A stretch of DNA of 63,329 bases, counting the filler, from Octopus bimaculoides (taxonomy: Eukaryota), in the NCBI RefSeq assembly GCF_001194135.2. It is 8 parts of 7 records of this genome, joined end to end, with 100 filler letters (N's around TTAATTAATTAA, not from the genome) between each part and the next. Parts side by side here need not be neighbours in the genome. Positions count along the whole stretch, not along the records: positions 1 to 12,291 come from NC_068988.1; positions 12,392 to 22,202 come from NC_069010.1; 6 more parts are not named here. One strand, written 5' to 3'. Under the pieces are notes generated by a model, which was given only the letters and a program-made list of their open reading frames with translations, was not told the DNA's origin and searched no databases. Made by a program: the position numbers and the translations under genes. This document shows positions 1 to 13,799 of this stretch, one piece after another. Positions within the stretch are counted from its first letter, which is position 1; each line of letters starts with the position of its first letter.

Positions 1-297
1 TAGGTATTTACATGTATACTTGCATATATGTATATATATTTACCCTTTTGCCCTTTTTATATATGTTTATGTATGAATGTATCTGTGTGTGTGTGTGTAT
101 TTGCGTGTAGGTGTGTGTGTGAGTAGGTATATACGTTAACAAATGTGTTTATATATATGCATATATTTATATATGTTTTTATGTACGTATGTATTTATGT
201 ACGTATGTATGAAGAAAGTGAGAGGGATAAGGTATGCAAATTATGCAGTGAGACAGTATTCCTATGAATGGGTGAGTAAACAAGGGAGAAAGTGAAT

Positions 298-298
298 A

Positions 299-371
<73 letters not shown>

Positions 372-445
372 CAGACAGATTATTGGATAGATAGATAGAT
401 AGATAGATAGACAGACAGATAGATTATTGGATAGATAGATAGATA
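298..445. repeat. (GATA)n/(GACA)n microsatellite
   Basis: Long run of agat units read directly; it explains the SIYLSIYL pseudo-ORF at 195-518. Confidence 0.95.
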
Positions 446-456
446 GAGAGAGAGAC

Positions 457-487
<31 letters not shown>

Positions 488-883
488 AAGAAAGAGAGAT
501 AGCGATAATGAGAGACATGGGAGAATCTCAACTATAAACTATCAACTCATGAAAAAATTATTCCTCACACCACACTGCCTCATCCTCTCACTCACCTCTC
601 TCTCTCTCACTTTCTCTCCTTCCCCTTTCTCATCCTCCCCAACAACCATAAATTTGATTCAAAGAAGTTATGAAATATTGTATTTCATTTCCTTTCGTCC
701 ATTCCCTTTAAAATCACGTGACCAAATATCATTCGAAGTAATGGACGTTAGGCTCATTATTGCTACTCTAATTTTCCTTCCCGGCTCCTTTCGTTCGCCC
801 TTAAACATATACCCAAAACTCATGCACACATAAACACACACGCATGGACGCACACACACGCACACACACGCACGCACGCACAC

Positions 884-924
<41 letters not shown>

Positions 925-1034
925 CACATATACACACGCTGATACACAAGCATGCATACATACAAACACATACAATTCTCATACGATTTGTAAAAGCAGA
1001 AATCGATCAATATGCATATATACATGTGTGAGTC

Positions 1035-1119
<85 letters not shown>

Positions 1120-1215
1120 NNNNNNNNNNNNNNNNNNNNNNNNNNNNNNNNNNNNNNNNNNNNNNNNNNNNNNNNNNNNNNNNNNNNNNNNNNNNNNNNN
1201 NNNNNNNNNNNNNNN

Positions 1216-1294
<79 letters not shown>

Positions 1295-3200
1295 ACGTAC
1301 ATACATACATACATGCATGCATACATAATACATACACGCATACATGCATACATACATACATACATAACTACATACATACATACATACATATTCATTTATA
1401 TAACTTGGATTAGTTGAATGGTTGGAGCATTCAGCTCGGCTCTTTACGTTCTTGTTTCAAATTGCACCGAGAGCAACTTTTATCTTTCTTAGGCCGATAA
1501 AATAAAGTAAGAATCCATGGCGATGTCTTAGCAGAATTGTTAGATCTGTAAACAAAATGGTTTGCTGCATTTGTTTCTGTTTCTTTTAACTCTATGTCCA
1601 GGTAGATGTAGCGAATGTGTCTGTATCTACCTTCAAGGTGGTGGTTAAAAGATAATCAGGAAAGGCAACAGAAAACCATCTTTGGATTCTCTCAAGAAAA
1701 TTCGACAACTTCACGACAGTCTCTAAAGAAAGTCATTTGCGCCCATTTGTGATTTGATGGTGCAATTGTATGTGAGCTTGTGTGTGTGCATGTATGTGCG
1801 TGAGTGCATGTGTGCGTTTATGTGCACGTGCGCGTGTGTGTGCGTCTCTTCATGGATTTAAAGCAATCATACAACCAATGAGAACTCGATGCTTATTTAC
1901 AGAGTATAATATATTTTTGGTTTATAAGTGGCTGAATATAGCATATTTATATTTCCCCAGGTTTTCCAGTGTGCCCAACCCTTGACAAGTCTGGAAATGA
2001 GGGGACTAATTTTTTTTTAACTAAAAATTTTAAGATATAATTTATTATTGAAACTAATTTCGTAAATGCTGTTGTACATAAATTTTTGGGCATTGTTTGA
2101 TTTTGTTATTAAACTTAAATGTTACGTCTGAGAGACAATTTTAAAGTTGTTTCTTTTTTCTGAAAAATGCATGAATACATGGATCAGATTTCTCTCTGTG
2201 TATCCGCTTGATGTCCGTTGATGTTTTTCGAGATTAATAAGCTGTCATCTCCAGAAATTCCACGGTTATTAAATTTTGAATTATATATTATATTACATTT
2301 GAAAAAATTGCAAGGAATTACATAACCCTATTAAATTTTAAAATTCTATGAAATCTCTGGCTCCCATGCTCACATCGAAAAGTTCTGTTCTGTGTGTTTG
2401 TTATCCAAATATATTTGAGAGAAAAAATTGATTTTCTGGAGTGCATTATTTGTCACAACAAACGAAAGTTTAGCGAATTCTTGGGCTTTTAAATAGAACG
2501 ATTTAGTTTTAAAGGGAATACATCTATTATGTAGAACCGAGTGAATGTATATTTTTGTTTATTATGGAATTCTTGAAACCAATATATTATTGATTTACTA
2601 TTGTTTCTGTCTGTTAAACTGAAATTTGAAACATTTTCCCGTAGATCTTATGTCAGATTTTTTGTTTTTTTCCAGTTATTCTTCCTGATTTAGTTTGCTT
2701 TCATAAATTCCGTTGCAGAGTGAATATTGAAAATGCTAAACGAGTAAATGCTATTTGTGAAATTTCAACTTAAGATTAAAATTTTAAGCAGTAAAGTATA
2801 ACATGTGGATTCCCCTAGCGAACATTTAGAACAAGGGAGATTATCATTTCTTCATAATTTCCGTCGCGATTTGAAGTCTGAATTTGAAATTGAGGAAGAC
2901 GAATGAAGATACATAGAGTGTATATATATTTTGCTTAATTATTACGGAGGTAATGAAATTTCTAGTCTTAGATAATCATGCATAGCACCATTTCATTGTT
3001 TTTAGAAATCATCAACATAAACCGAGGCATATAAATGAAATTTTATTAAGCGAGACCTTTCAACGATTTAGTACTTTTTCTTTTAGTTTTTAAATAAAAA
3101 CTTTTAATTAATTTATATGTTATATATACACATGCATATACATATATATTCTTATTTATTAATGTACACATTATGTTAAAGTTAGTTGACAGAAAAGAGT

Positions 3201-3410
3201 GTATCCCTTGCCATATCGCAGTTCACCTGTCGCGGTTCACTTATAGCAGTTTATTATTTAAGCTTACGTCGATACCTCTGTGGTGTTGTTTTGCATTTAT
3301 AATAAAATAAATATATACAAATTATAAAAATAACAAGAAATATATACACAGTACAGTACTGTTTCTACTTCGTGGATTTTCACCTACGCGATAGTCGAGG
3401 GATTACTGTA
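3201..3410. mobile_element. Tigger/pogo-like MITE, copy 1 (left end eroded)
   Basis: Homologous along its length to 35040-35261. Right end is GGGATTACTG followed by TA, a pogo/Tigger-type CAGTAATCCC terminus. Confidence 0.75.
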
Positions 3411-4082
3411 TACTACATGGTATTAAGCATATATAAAAATCAAAGAACACGGTTATAGAATATGGATACAAATAACACTACACACTCAAAAGATCAAATT
3501 TTTTAAAGAAAATTAATACGATAAAACAAAAATAACAGTATTAGCGAAACAGGCTACAATGATGAAATCGACCAGTGAAGACTGGACAGCCAAATTATTT
3601 GACCAATGAAAAGAGACAATATAACGATAAGAATAATAAAAATACACGAATTGAAAACAAATAACAAAGAAGTCGAATATAGGAGTGAAATTCATTAATG
3701 AAGACGGATTGACAAATGAAAAGGTGACATTAATTTTGTCAAGGAAACATGGTAGGACTTGAACTCAGAAATGAACTCAGAACGTGAAGGTACGTAACCG
3801 AATACCGTAATGCATTTTGTCTGGCACTCTATCAATTTTGCAATAAATTTATAGGGGTAGGGTACAGTTTATTGAATGAACAACTACCACAATTACTACT
3901 ATATTACTACTTCTTCGCTACTACTACTGTTACTACCACTATTATCATTACTATTTTGAGAAATCCTTCTTCTAAAATGAGGCTTTCTTTCCCGACAATA
4001 ATATAAGCCGTTCGTGTCAAAACTGTTAACTGCCATAATTCTGTATTTATTATTTTTGTTTTGTTGGCCTATTATTATTGAT

Positions 4083-4184
4083 GTTTCTGTTGTTGTTGTT
4101 GCTGCTTTTGTCGTTGTTGTTGTTGTTATTGTTGTTGTTGTTGTTGTTGTTGTTGTTTTTGTTCTTCTTCTTCTTCTTCTTCTT

Positions 4185-4264
<80 letters not shown>
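4083..4264. repeat. Compound triplet microsatellite (GTT)n-(CTT)n-(ATT)n
   Basis: Three abutting triplet runs read directly; they explain the poly-V/L/I/R/T pseudo-ORFs. Confidence 0.95.
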
Positions 4265-4266
<2 letters not shown>

Positions 4267-5668
4267 CTTCACTTTGCTTCACATAAAATTTGCTTCATAT
4301 TTTATATTTTTTATGGCGAATAATGAATATCTGACACGTTAATAACTTGAAAAGAAAGCCTTGAAAAGGAAAATCGCAAATTTTCATTAAACGCAGCCGA
4401 CAAGCTCGTCTTACCAAAATGGACGCCAAGAAAGTAGAAAGCAGGCAAGCAAGAAAGAGAGGAAAGAAAAGAAGGGNNNNNNNNNNAGGAAGGAGAGAAA
4501 CCATTGAAAACAAAGTTGCATAAAGAATATTCAAATTTAATTTCAACTAATTTACTTGGTTTTTATTACATTTAATTTCATTTATCTTTTGCGTGTTTTT
4601 CTTTCACTTTTAATAATTATTTCTTAATATTTTTTGTTGTTTCCTTTTCTTACATGTAATTTCATAATTGTTTGCTTATTATTTTTTTTTAACAAGGCAG
4701 GGCTCAGATAAGTTTCACGTATTTATACAGTAAGAGATCATCAGGTTTACTTACAAGGATTATGATGATGGTGTTGGTGGTGGTGGTGGATTCGGTGGTG
4801 TTGTTGTTGGTGGTGGTGGTAGTTTTGGTGGGGGAGGGGTGATGGCTGCGGCAGCGGCGGCAGTAATAAGGATGATGATAATGGTGCTAATAATGGTGAT
4901 GGTGGTTGTGGTGGTGATAGTGATAATGATAGTAGCAGTGGTGGAGGTGGTGATGATGGTGAGGACTATGATGGGGATGCTAGTGCTGCTGAAATGATAA
5001 TGGTGATGATATTGACGACGACGATGATGATGATGATGATGATGAAATATGTGTTCTTGTTGTTGTTGCTGCTGCTGCTGATTGTGTTGACCGGGGTGAT
5101 GGTTAAGAGAGAGAGAGAAAACGGATGAGGGAGAGTAATAACTTTTCGTAAAAAATGGAGAAGAAGAAGCACGAAATCTATTAAGGGAGATATAGGGAGA
5201 GGAAAACATCAAAGCAAGGAAGTGTTGATCAGGAAGGAAGAAAGAGATCTACAATAAAACAGAAATGTCTAGCGATAGAGTGAGAAGCAAATATGAAAAG
5301 CGAGGGTAGGGAGATGAGAGCAGAGGAGAAGAGAGAGAGATACGAAGCCTGAGAACTATGTGGAAAAACAAAAAAGAAAGGGGTGAGTACTATCGTGGAA
5401 CAGCACAGAAAAGGGACGAAATAACGAAAATAGGATAGAAATACTGTGGAAGTGAGAGAGAACGGGAGTAGAGCGTAGGAAAAAGTAAAAGTCGAGAGAT
5501 TTGAACAAAGAGCACGAAGAGATTGAGATGAATGTGAAGGGATGTGGTCAAGGAATTAGAGAAGTGAAAGATAAAGTAAAAAGAAGAAATATAAGAAGAG
5601 AGCGGGAGGTAGAAACAAGAGTAAGACAGAAAGAATGCTGGTGATATATTGAGATAGAAAGATAGAGA

Positions 5669-5721
<53 letters not shown>

Positions 5722-5844
5722 GTAAAAGTTGGGTAAGACAGACTGGAAGAAGTTTAAAAGAAGTCAAAGAAACAAAAAGTATTAATGATATGAAATATAC
5801 ATGGGTACGTACATGTGCGTGTGTGTGTGTGTGTGAAGGAAAAT

Positions 5845-6110
5845 GTTTTGGTGGCTAAGTGTTGCACTCACAGTTGCGAGAACGTGGGTTCAATTCTCAG
5901 ATCGGGTTTTGCGTTGCGTTCTCGAGCAAAACACTTCATTTCCCGTTGCTCTGCGATCATTTCGTCATCTGACATGTGGCAGACGGTTCACCTGTACAGG
6001 TAATGTCGACTTGATGAAGAGAGTGAGCTTATGTGAACACCAAACGTTTGATCACTAAGAATCGATCTGTGCGGTTGTTCAGCAAGAAATTGCCGAACCC
6101 CCATACGCCG
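5845..6110 (+). mobile_element. Degenerate tRNA-headed SINE (distinct minor family)
   Basis: A-box-like GGTGGCTAAGTG and B-box-like GGTTCAATTCT, followed by a CORE-like TTCTCGAGCAAAACACTTCATTTC segment. Confidence 0.5.
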
Positions 6111-6656
6111 TCTTATAACGAGAGAATCCATTATATATATAAAATAATTTTATCATAAAGAACATTTTAGTACCGGTTTCAGTTTTTACGACTTTTTCAA
6201 CTCAGAGTATAGCAGGAAAGACAATTAAATTGTGGAAAAATTAAATGATATGTTTCTTAAAAATATTTCCATAGTTTTCAAATTCAAGGGACATTTTCCT
6301 TTTTTCTGTCCGCCTCTCTCACTCTCTCTTTTTTTGTTACACTTGTGAGAGCTTGGTAGCAGGTAACAAGTAGTACAGTCTTAATATTTGATATGAGTTC
6401 TTGGTTTTGATCGTTTAAGCAGCAGTAGTAGTAGAAAGAAAGAAAGGAAGGAAGGTAGGAAAGAAAGTAAAAAATAAAGGAATATATTATATTCGCGCGC
6501 ACACGCTGTTTACCATTTATATCTGTGTTATGGTTTTAGATGTGTTCATCAATATACATAAAACTATATCTTTTAAGATCTGTCTTTAGATATGAGAGTG
6601 TGGAGGTGAAGATAGTCTTAGGTGTATCTGCAGAAGCATACAGAATACGGAAAACT

Positions 6657-6659
6657 GAA

Positions 6660-6695
<36 letters not shown>

Positions 6696-7382
6696 AGGAA
6701 AGAAAGAAGGAAGGAAGGAAGGAATGAAGGAAAGAAAGAAAGAAAGAAAGAAAGAAAGAAGGGAGGAAGAAAGAAAGAAGAAAAAGGAAAGGAAGGAAGA
6801 AAGAAAGGAAAAGGAAAGAAGAAAGGAAAGAAAGAAGGGAAAAAGAACGAAAGAAAGAAAGAAAAAAGAAAGAAAGAAAAAAGAAAGAAAGAAAAAAGAA
6901 AGAAAGACACAGAGAGAGAAGGAAGAAAGAAAAAAGAAAGAAGGAAGGTAAGAAAGAAAGAAAGAAAGAAAGAAAGAGAGAAAGAAAGAAAGAAAAAAGG
7001 CAGGAATGAAAGAAAGAAAAAAGAAAGAAAACAGAAGGCAGGAAAGAAAGAAAAAGGAAAGAAAAAGGAAGGAATGGAAGAATGAAAGAAGGTAGGATGA
7101 AAGAAGGAAGGAAGAAAGAAAAAAAAGGAAGGAAGAAAGCAGGAAGGAAAGAAGGGAAGAAAAAGAAAGAAAGAAGGAAGGAAGGAAGGAAGGAATGAAG
7201 GAAAGAAAGAAAGAAAGAAGGGAGGAAGAAAGAAAGAAAGAAAAAGGAAAGAAGAAAGGAAAGAAAGAAGGGAAAAAGAACGAAAGAAAAGAAGAAAAAA
7301 GAAAGAAAGAAAGAAAGAAAGACAGAAAGAAAGAAAGACAGAGAGAGAGAGAAGGAAGAAAGAAAAAAGAGAGAAGGAAGGT

Positions 7383-7414
<32 letters not shown>

Positions 7415-7674
7415 AAACAGAAGGCAGCAAAGAAAGAAAACGGAAAGAAAAAGGAAGGAAGGGAAGAATGAAAGAAGGTAGGATGAAAGAAGGAAGGAAG
7501 AAAGAAAGAAAAGGAAGGAAGGGAAGAAAAAGAAAGAAAGAACGAACGAAAGAAAGAAGGAAGGAAGGAATGAAGGAAAGAAAGAAAGAAAGAAAGAAAG
7601 ACAGAAAGAAAGAAAGAAAGAAATAAAGAAAGAAATAATGGGAGGAAGAAAGAAAGAAAGAAAAAGGAAAGGAA

Positions 7675-7712
<38 letters not shown>

Positions 7713-7736
7713 AAGAAATAAAGAAAGAAAGAGAGG
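6657..7736. repeat. About 1.1 kb near-pure purine (GAAA/GAAG)n tract with higher-order duplication
   Basis: Almost exclusively A/G. Distinctive interruptions recur (GGTAAGAAAG near 6947 and 7380; GGTAGGATGAAAG near 7091 and 7477). Confidence 0.95.
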
Positions 7737-7870
7737 AGTCAAATAGGCATATAATCAGGCAAACAATCCAGACAGACAATTATAAAGACAAGCATACGAA
7801 AAGACAAAACGACTGACAGAAACGCACACGCACGCACGCACGCACTCACGCACACACACACACAGACACA

Positions 7871-7906
<36 letters not shown>

Positions 7907-8293
7907 NNNNNNNNNNNNNNNNNNNNNNNNNNNNNNNNNNNNNNNNNNNNNNNNNNNNNNNNNNNNNNNNNNNNNNNNNNNNNNNNNNNNNNNNNNNNNN
8001 NNNNNNNNNNNNNNNNNNNNNNNNNNNNNNNNNNNNNNNNNNNNNNNNNNNNNNNNNNNNNNNNNNNNNNNNNNNNNNNNNNNNNNNNNNNNNNNNNNNN
8101 NNNNNNNNNNNNNNNNNNNNNNNNNNNNNNNNNNNNNNNNNNNNNNNNNNNNNNNNNNNNNNNNNNNNNNNNNNNNNNNNNNNNNNNNNNNNNATAGTGT
8201 TTGAAATACATGGAAAAAAAATGTAGGGCTTTTAACAAGTTTTGTCGGTGATATCAGGTAATCGATATTACACGGCTGCTAAATTATAGAGAC

Positions 8294-8347
<54 letters not shown>

Positions 8348-8633
8348 ATTCCGTTCTGCTTTATTCACATAGACATCGTTACCATAACATAATATGAATT
8401 TGAATTTTTTATTGAAGGACTTTCAGTGAAAAATTCCACTCTTTTAGATGAATCACGGTATGTACCCTTATGACTCCTGAAGTTATTCAACTTTTTAAAT
8501 ATGCAGTACTTTACAAGTTCTAGCCTAAACAGTCGCAGTATAACAGAATTAACGTCCATGTATATATTATGTATGCTCAGTCTCCATCTTGTATTTCATT
8601 CGTTTTATGTCGACCCATAATGATGAGCTGTAT

Positions 8634-8681
<48 letters not shown>

Positions 8682-10391
8682 AACACCCACACATACACAT
8701 TCACACACACACATATTTACACACATACATCAATGATTCGGTCTTTCATTTCGCAGCTAATTAGATACGTGCTTCTGCATGTCAAAATACATTTTGTCAA
8801 AGTAATATACTTTGTATAATATATTAAATATTACTCATTTCCGTTCTACTTTATTCCTTGTGATTGTTACCGTAACTTAAATTTGATTACTTGTGGATTT
8901 CCAATTTAAGTCTTTCATTCAAAAGTTCCTCATCTTTCAATAGATTGAGATGTATAAACTGAAGAACGCACGCACACACACAGACAAACACATACATACA
9001 CACACAAACATACATACATACATACATACGTACATACATACACAGACACACACATGTGTGTGTGTTATGCGTTATGCACAACACCTCATGAATTAGAAGT
9101 TCTGAAATGAATTAAAATATTGCAATATTCTTTGCTATGATAATAAGAATGTAAATCCAATCCTTCTATCGTTTTGATGTGCGTGTAAAAGAGAGGAAGT
9201 TTTCAGACAGACCGTTTCATAATTTGTTGACGCTCTCCTACGCTAGACGATAACAAAAACTATTCAGATTTTATATAAAACAGTCAGAAATTAAACTATT
9301 ACTGTGGTGGTTGGCTTAAATTGCAAATTTAGACTGCTCGTCATTATTTAGAAGCACATTTTTATGCATAACCGAGCGTAAATCAGCATGAATTAATGAA
9401 GAACCGTCTAAAGCACAATTATGCAAATTGAACTTCCCACCACAAACGGAAAAAGGAAAATCGAAAACAGGAGAAAGGAAAAACAAATCAGAAAAAAACT
9501 GAAGAGGCGTTTATTAGAAAGTTCTAGAAGAAAGCAAAATAGGGCACGAGAAAATGAATAAATAAATAAATGAATAAATGCAAACCATGTGAGAAGGCGC
9601 CCTTCACATTAATGCACTTCTTCCTAGATACATTCTCTGATCTAGAGGCTGGGCTTTCCATTTGACTATTTGTATGACTCTAGGTGGTAGCACCTTGTAA
9701 AGACTTCATATATGTTCCATTTTTCTTGCTTTATTATCTCTTTCCATATTTCCGCCATTTTTTCTTGAAAATAACTCAGCCTTTTTTTATATTGTTATTC
9801 CCTTTTTTGTAGTTTTTGTTTCTCCTGTTTCTTCAAATCCATTCCTTAGTATCTTTTTACCTCTTCTATTAACCTTTATGTTTATGGATATGAGCCGAAA
9901 TGCCTTGGTTCAAACACTACCAATAATTTTACACAGAGTCATATTGCAATTCAAATTTTTTATCAAGTTTTCTGGCCAATTTTCGATCAAACTATTGCAA
10001 CCTCACAAGACATAAATTCGTATAACTTAAGTACTTTTCAAACGAACGGTTTTTTCTCAATAATGAAAGGCGCTTTGGTCGCATAATTTCAGTCAGTTTC
10101 TCATCTCATACAAGATTTCACAAACCCCCTATTGACTCTACTTCTTAGATGAAGACAATGATAGCCTGCATTTGAAAAATTGTGCTATACTCATTATTAG
10201 GTATACACACGCACGCACACAATTATGAATAAACCAATATTGGCATATATGATGTATGATGTTGCAGGTATATGCAAACACATATGTGTGTGTGTATGTA
10301 TATATATGTATATACAGATACACCAACAGATGTACATATACACACACTCATATGTATATTATATATACATGTGTGCGTATGTGTGTGCATG

Positions 10392-10514
<123 letters not shown>

Positions 10515-11649
10515 TAATATATTTGTATGTGTTCGTAAATGATATTTCTTGCTACGACCTAAAGTTAACGATTTGATATGAACGCATATAAGTGTGCGTG
10601 TGTGTGTGTGTGCGCGTGTGCTCGTGTGCGTTCATTTTCATCTACATTTCACCATGTCTGAATATCTGTCTGGTAGTCTCTTAACGTGTCTATAATCCAG
10701 TAAATATGGAGAAAACAGCTTTAACTCTGCTAGTCATAATTATTTAGGCGTAAATCGAGGAATTAATTGGCTGCCAATCTATAGTCGCTTTGTTTACACC
10801 GACAGAGTGTTTGGTTGAAGGTCTCAGCATTGATTAGCAATAAATCTTTCTTCAGAAACAGTGACCATTCTATTCAAATTAGCGTAGTTAACGTTACAGT
10901 CTCTTTGGTTTTGTCACAGTTATTGATTACTCTACAACTCCGACATATCCCGCAAAGCTTCAGTGAGTTCTGTCACTCACTTTAATGGATTTATCATACA
11001 TATTTTTCATTAGTAATATAAGTCCTTGCACATGCTGTTGTGTAGAAGTGAATTTCGGACGAACCTAACCTGCAATTGAGAGAGGAGGGAGAGAGAGAGA
11101 GGAGGGAGAGAGAGAGAGAGAGGGAGGGGAGAAAGAGAGAGAGATGTAGCTATTTAGCTAATATCTTTAACAGATCAAGCAACAACATAGAGACCTCAAC
11201 GTACCATACCTTGGCGTCAGATCAACCTCGACAAGTTGGATTGCCTTTTTCACAATACATGAAGATAACCATTTACTTGGGATCCAACCAACTACAGACA
11301 TATATAAGAAAAGACCCATATCCTATTGTATGCCATTTGGCATAAAGAACGTTTCCTTCAGGTTTTCACTTATACTCTATTGTTGATATTCATAACTAGC
11401 GCCACTATATTTCTTTTAAAGTAATATATTCACTTTAAACAGCATATCGGTGTTCATAACATTTGTAATGTGCATACAAATGTGGAATGGTGCTAGCTGT
11501 AATATTTTGTCTCAGAGAAACATCTTAAAGAAACAAATATGTTAAAAAACACAAGGGTTTGCTCAGAACGTCGTAAAATCGCCAGAGACGGTGTTCAACT
11601 TGATTGGGCTTCCTCGGTGATGAATATTTTGGATATTATATTTAGCCAT

Positions 11650-12010
11650 GTATAAAAACCTGACTTTTTCGACGTGCCTATGAGAGCCAGTGACTCCGCC
11701 CAAGTTACTAACCTCGTCGGACTCTACCTACTTAACGGTTTCCATGAACAATTTCCAAACATCTCTGGTTGCCTATACAGAGATGACCCTCTGTTCACTA
11801 TCCAAAATTCTTTTAACTGGACTATCGAGCAAACTAAAAAAAAAAAAAGTTTAAGAAGCTTCTTTAAAAACGTCGGCCTCAGCATTTCTTTCTGTAACAA
11901 CGTCAAAACCGTTAATTTCGTAGACGTTACCCTGGGTTTACAATACAAAACTATCCATACCACAAATCCGAAGAAAACGTGCCGGATATAAAGATTCAAC
12001 TGATTACATC
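11650..12010 (+). mobile_element. Penelope-like element reverse transcriptase fragment, degenerate
   Basis: Translation FDVPMRASDSAQVTNLVGLYLL...CLYRDD...VNFVDVTL matches the PLE RT motifs PMG.YD.AEV..LVGLYLL / YRDD / NFLDVT (Naiad/Chlamys-like). Stops and frameshifts follow. Confidence 0.8.
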
Positions 12011-12256
12011 CCAGGTGGGACAGCCCTCTCTCAACTAAAGCCACAGCAAAAAGCAATTCCAACTCCCATATGATAGACCTAAACCCCCATACCCCACCCA
12101 TCACCAATACCCACCCAAACATTGGAGTAGCAATCAACCTAATCCTATATACACCACAACCCGCCAAAACAGACACCAAAACCCTATCCCCACCCAGGTA
12201 ACACCACTAATCGGATTAAACGAACTAGAACCCGTGACGTAATATGTATGTGTGTG

Positions 12257-12291
<35 letters not shown>

Positions 12292-12335
12292 NNNNNNNNN
12301 NNNNNNNNNNNNNNNNNNNNNNNNNNNNNNNNNNN

Positions 12336-12347
12336 TTAATTAATTAA
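12336..12347. other. Assembly linker TTAATTAATTAA centred in a 100-bp gap (44 N + 12 + 44 N); also at 22247, 29030, 37230, 43594, 54335 and 60164
   Basis: The identical six-frame-stop 12-mer lies in the middle of seven 100-bp gap blocks. Confidence 0.95.
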
Positions 12348-12391
12348 NNNNNNNNNNNNNNNNNNNNNNNNNNNNNNNNNNNNNNNNNNNN

Positions 12392-12650
12392 GAAAGAAGT
12401 CCGTCGTATATATGTGTATATATGTATGTGTGTGTATATGTTTGCGTGTCTCTGTTTGTCCCCCCAACATCGCTTGACAACCGATTCTGGTGTGTTTACG
12501 TCCCAGTAACTTAGCGGTTCGGCAAAAGAGACGATAGAATAAGTACTAGGCTTACAAAGAATAAGTCCTGGGGTCGATTTGCTCGACTAAAGGTGGTGCT
12601 CCAGCATGGCCACAGTCAAATGACTGAAACAAGTAAAAGAGTAAAAGAGT
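12392..12650 (+). mobile_element. SINE family A, 3' half
   Basis: Matches the 3' half of the full copy at 16580-16973 (CATCGCTTGACAACCG...CAGCATGGCC.CAGTCAAATGACTGAAACAAGTAAAAGAG). Confidence 0.9.
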
Positions 12651-12702
12651 ATATATATAATTTAATTTATATAAGGGCATTACTATACAATGATGCCTCA
12701 TA

Positions 12703-12935
12703 GGGCGGTGAGCCGGCAGAATCGTTAGCACGTCGGACGAAATGCTTAGGGGTATTTCGTCTGCAGTTACGTTCTGAGTTCAAATCCCGCCAAGGTTGAC
12801 TTTTCCTTTCATCCTTTCAGGATCGATTAAAATATGTACCAGTTACACACTTGGGTCGATGTAATCGACTTAATCCCTTTGTCTGTCCTTGTTTGTCCCC
12901 TCTATGTTTAGCCCCCTGTGGGCAATAAAAGAAAT
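12703..12935 (+). mobile_element. SINE family B, tail type B1
   Basis: tRNA-like head GGCGGTGAGCCGGCAGAATCG...GAGTTCAAATCC and central CCTTTCATCCTTTC.GG.TCGAT domain (resembles the Nin/Deu SINE domain, from recall). Tail is GTCCCCTCTATGTTTAGCCCC..GTGGGCAATAAAAGAAAT. Confidence 0.9.
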
Positions 12936-13135
12936 ATATACAATAATGTCTCACGCTTTTTTTCCTTATGAGGTTTTTTCACGCTGACTACTTGATAAAT
13001 TCTTATAAAGATTTTATCCTTACATTATATATATATATATATAAAATACGTATTTTATCTTTCTAGCTCCCTTGTCAATTGTCCCCCTCTTTCTCTCTCA
13101 TTTTATATATTATGATCATTATTATTATTATTATT

Positions 13136-13364
13136 GGCGAGCTGGCAGAAACGTTAGCACACCGGGCGAAATGCTTAGTGGTATTTCGTCTGTCTTGTAC
13201 GTTCTGAGTTCAAATTCCGCCGAGGTCGACTTTGCCTTTCATCCTTTCGGGGTCGATAAATTAAGTACCAGTTACGCACTGGGGTCGATGTAATCGACTT
13301 AATCCGTTTGTCTGTTCTTGTTTGTTCCCTCTATGTTTAGCCCCTTGTGGGCAATAACGAAATA
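13136..13364 (+). mobile_element. SINE family B, tail type B1
   Basis: Near-complete copy homologous to 12703-12935 and 46256-46453. Confidence 0.9.
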
Positions 13365-13374
13365 GGTATTTCGC

Positions 13375-13566
13375 CAGTATGCTGAGCAAAATGCTTTGCT
13401 GCATTTGGTCGGTCTTTACTTTCCTAGTTCAAATTCCCACCGAGGTCGACATTGCCTTTCATCCTTTCAGGGTCGGTGAAATAAGTACCAGTTGAGCACT
13501 GGGGTCGATGTAATCAACTAGTTCCCTCTCCTCCAAATTTTAGGCTTTGTGTCTAGAGTAGAATGG
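13375..13566 (+). mobile_element. SINE family B, tail type B2, ending in (ATT)n
   Basis: Same central domain but a different tail (CCCTCTCCTCCAAATTTTAGGCTTTGTGTCTAGAGTAGAA), shared with 38434 and 63106. Confidence 0.8.
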
Positions 13567-13569
13567 ATT

Positions 13570-13595
<26 letters not shown>

Positions 13596-13600
<5 letters not shown>

Positions 13601-13747
13601 TACTTTTTATAACGTACTTTCACTTCACTACCGAGCGCAGCTCTGTGCGCCTTGGGTATGTGCTGTGGTTTGCTGTGGTGCTCTTATGGTTACTGTATTG
13701 AAAGTGTTTTGCGTAGGATGTATGCAGTGCCCAGTAGTGCAATTTTC
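13596..13747 (-). mobile_element. Short 5'-truncated R4/Dong-like non-LTR element (3' end)
   Basis: Minus strand reads KIALLGTAYILRKTLSIQ* plus 3' UTR and is closely similar to 27921-28123. Bounded by (TAA)n on both sides. Confidence 0.85.

Positions 13748-13799
<52 letters not shown>

Noticed and set aside
4385-4475. Basic peptide MDAKKVESRQARKRGKKRR after AAAATGG
   Set aside because: It is short, purine-rich and interrupted by a gap, with no splice or homology support.
4700-4750. Minus-strand CTGATGA...GAAAC
   Set aside because: It lacks a stem II closing pair and stem I complementarity.
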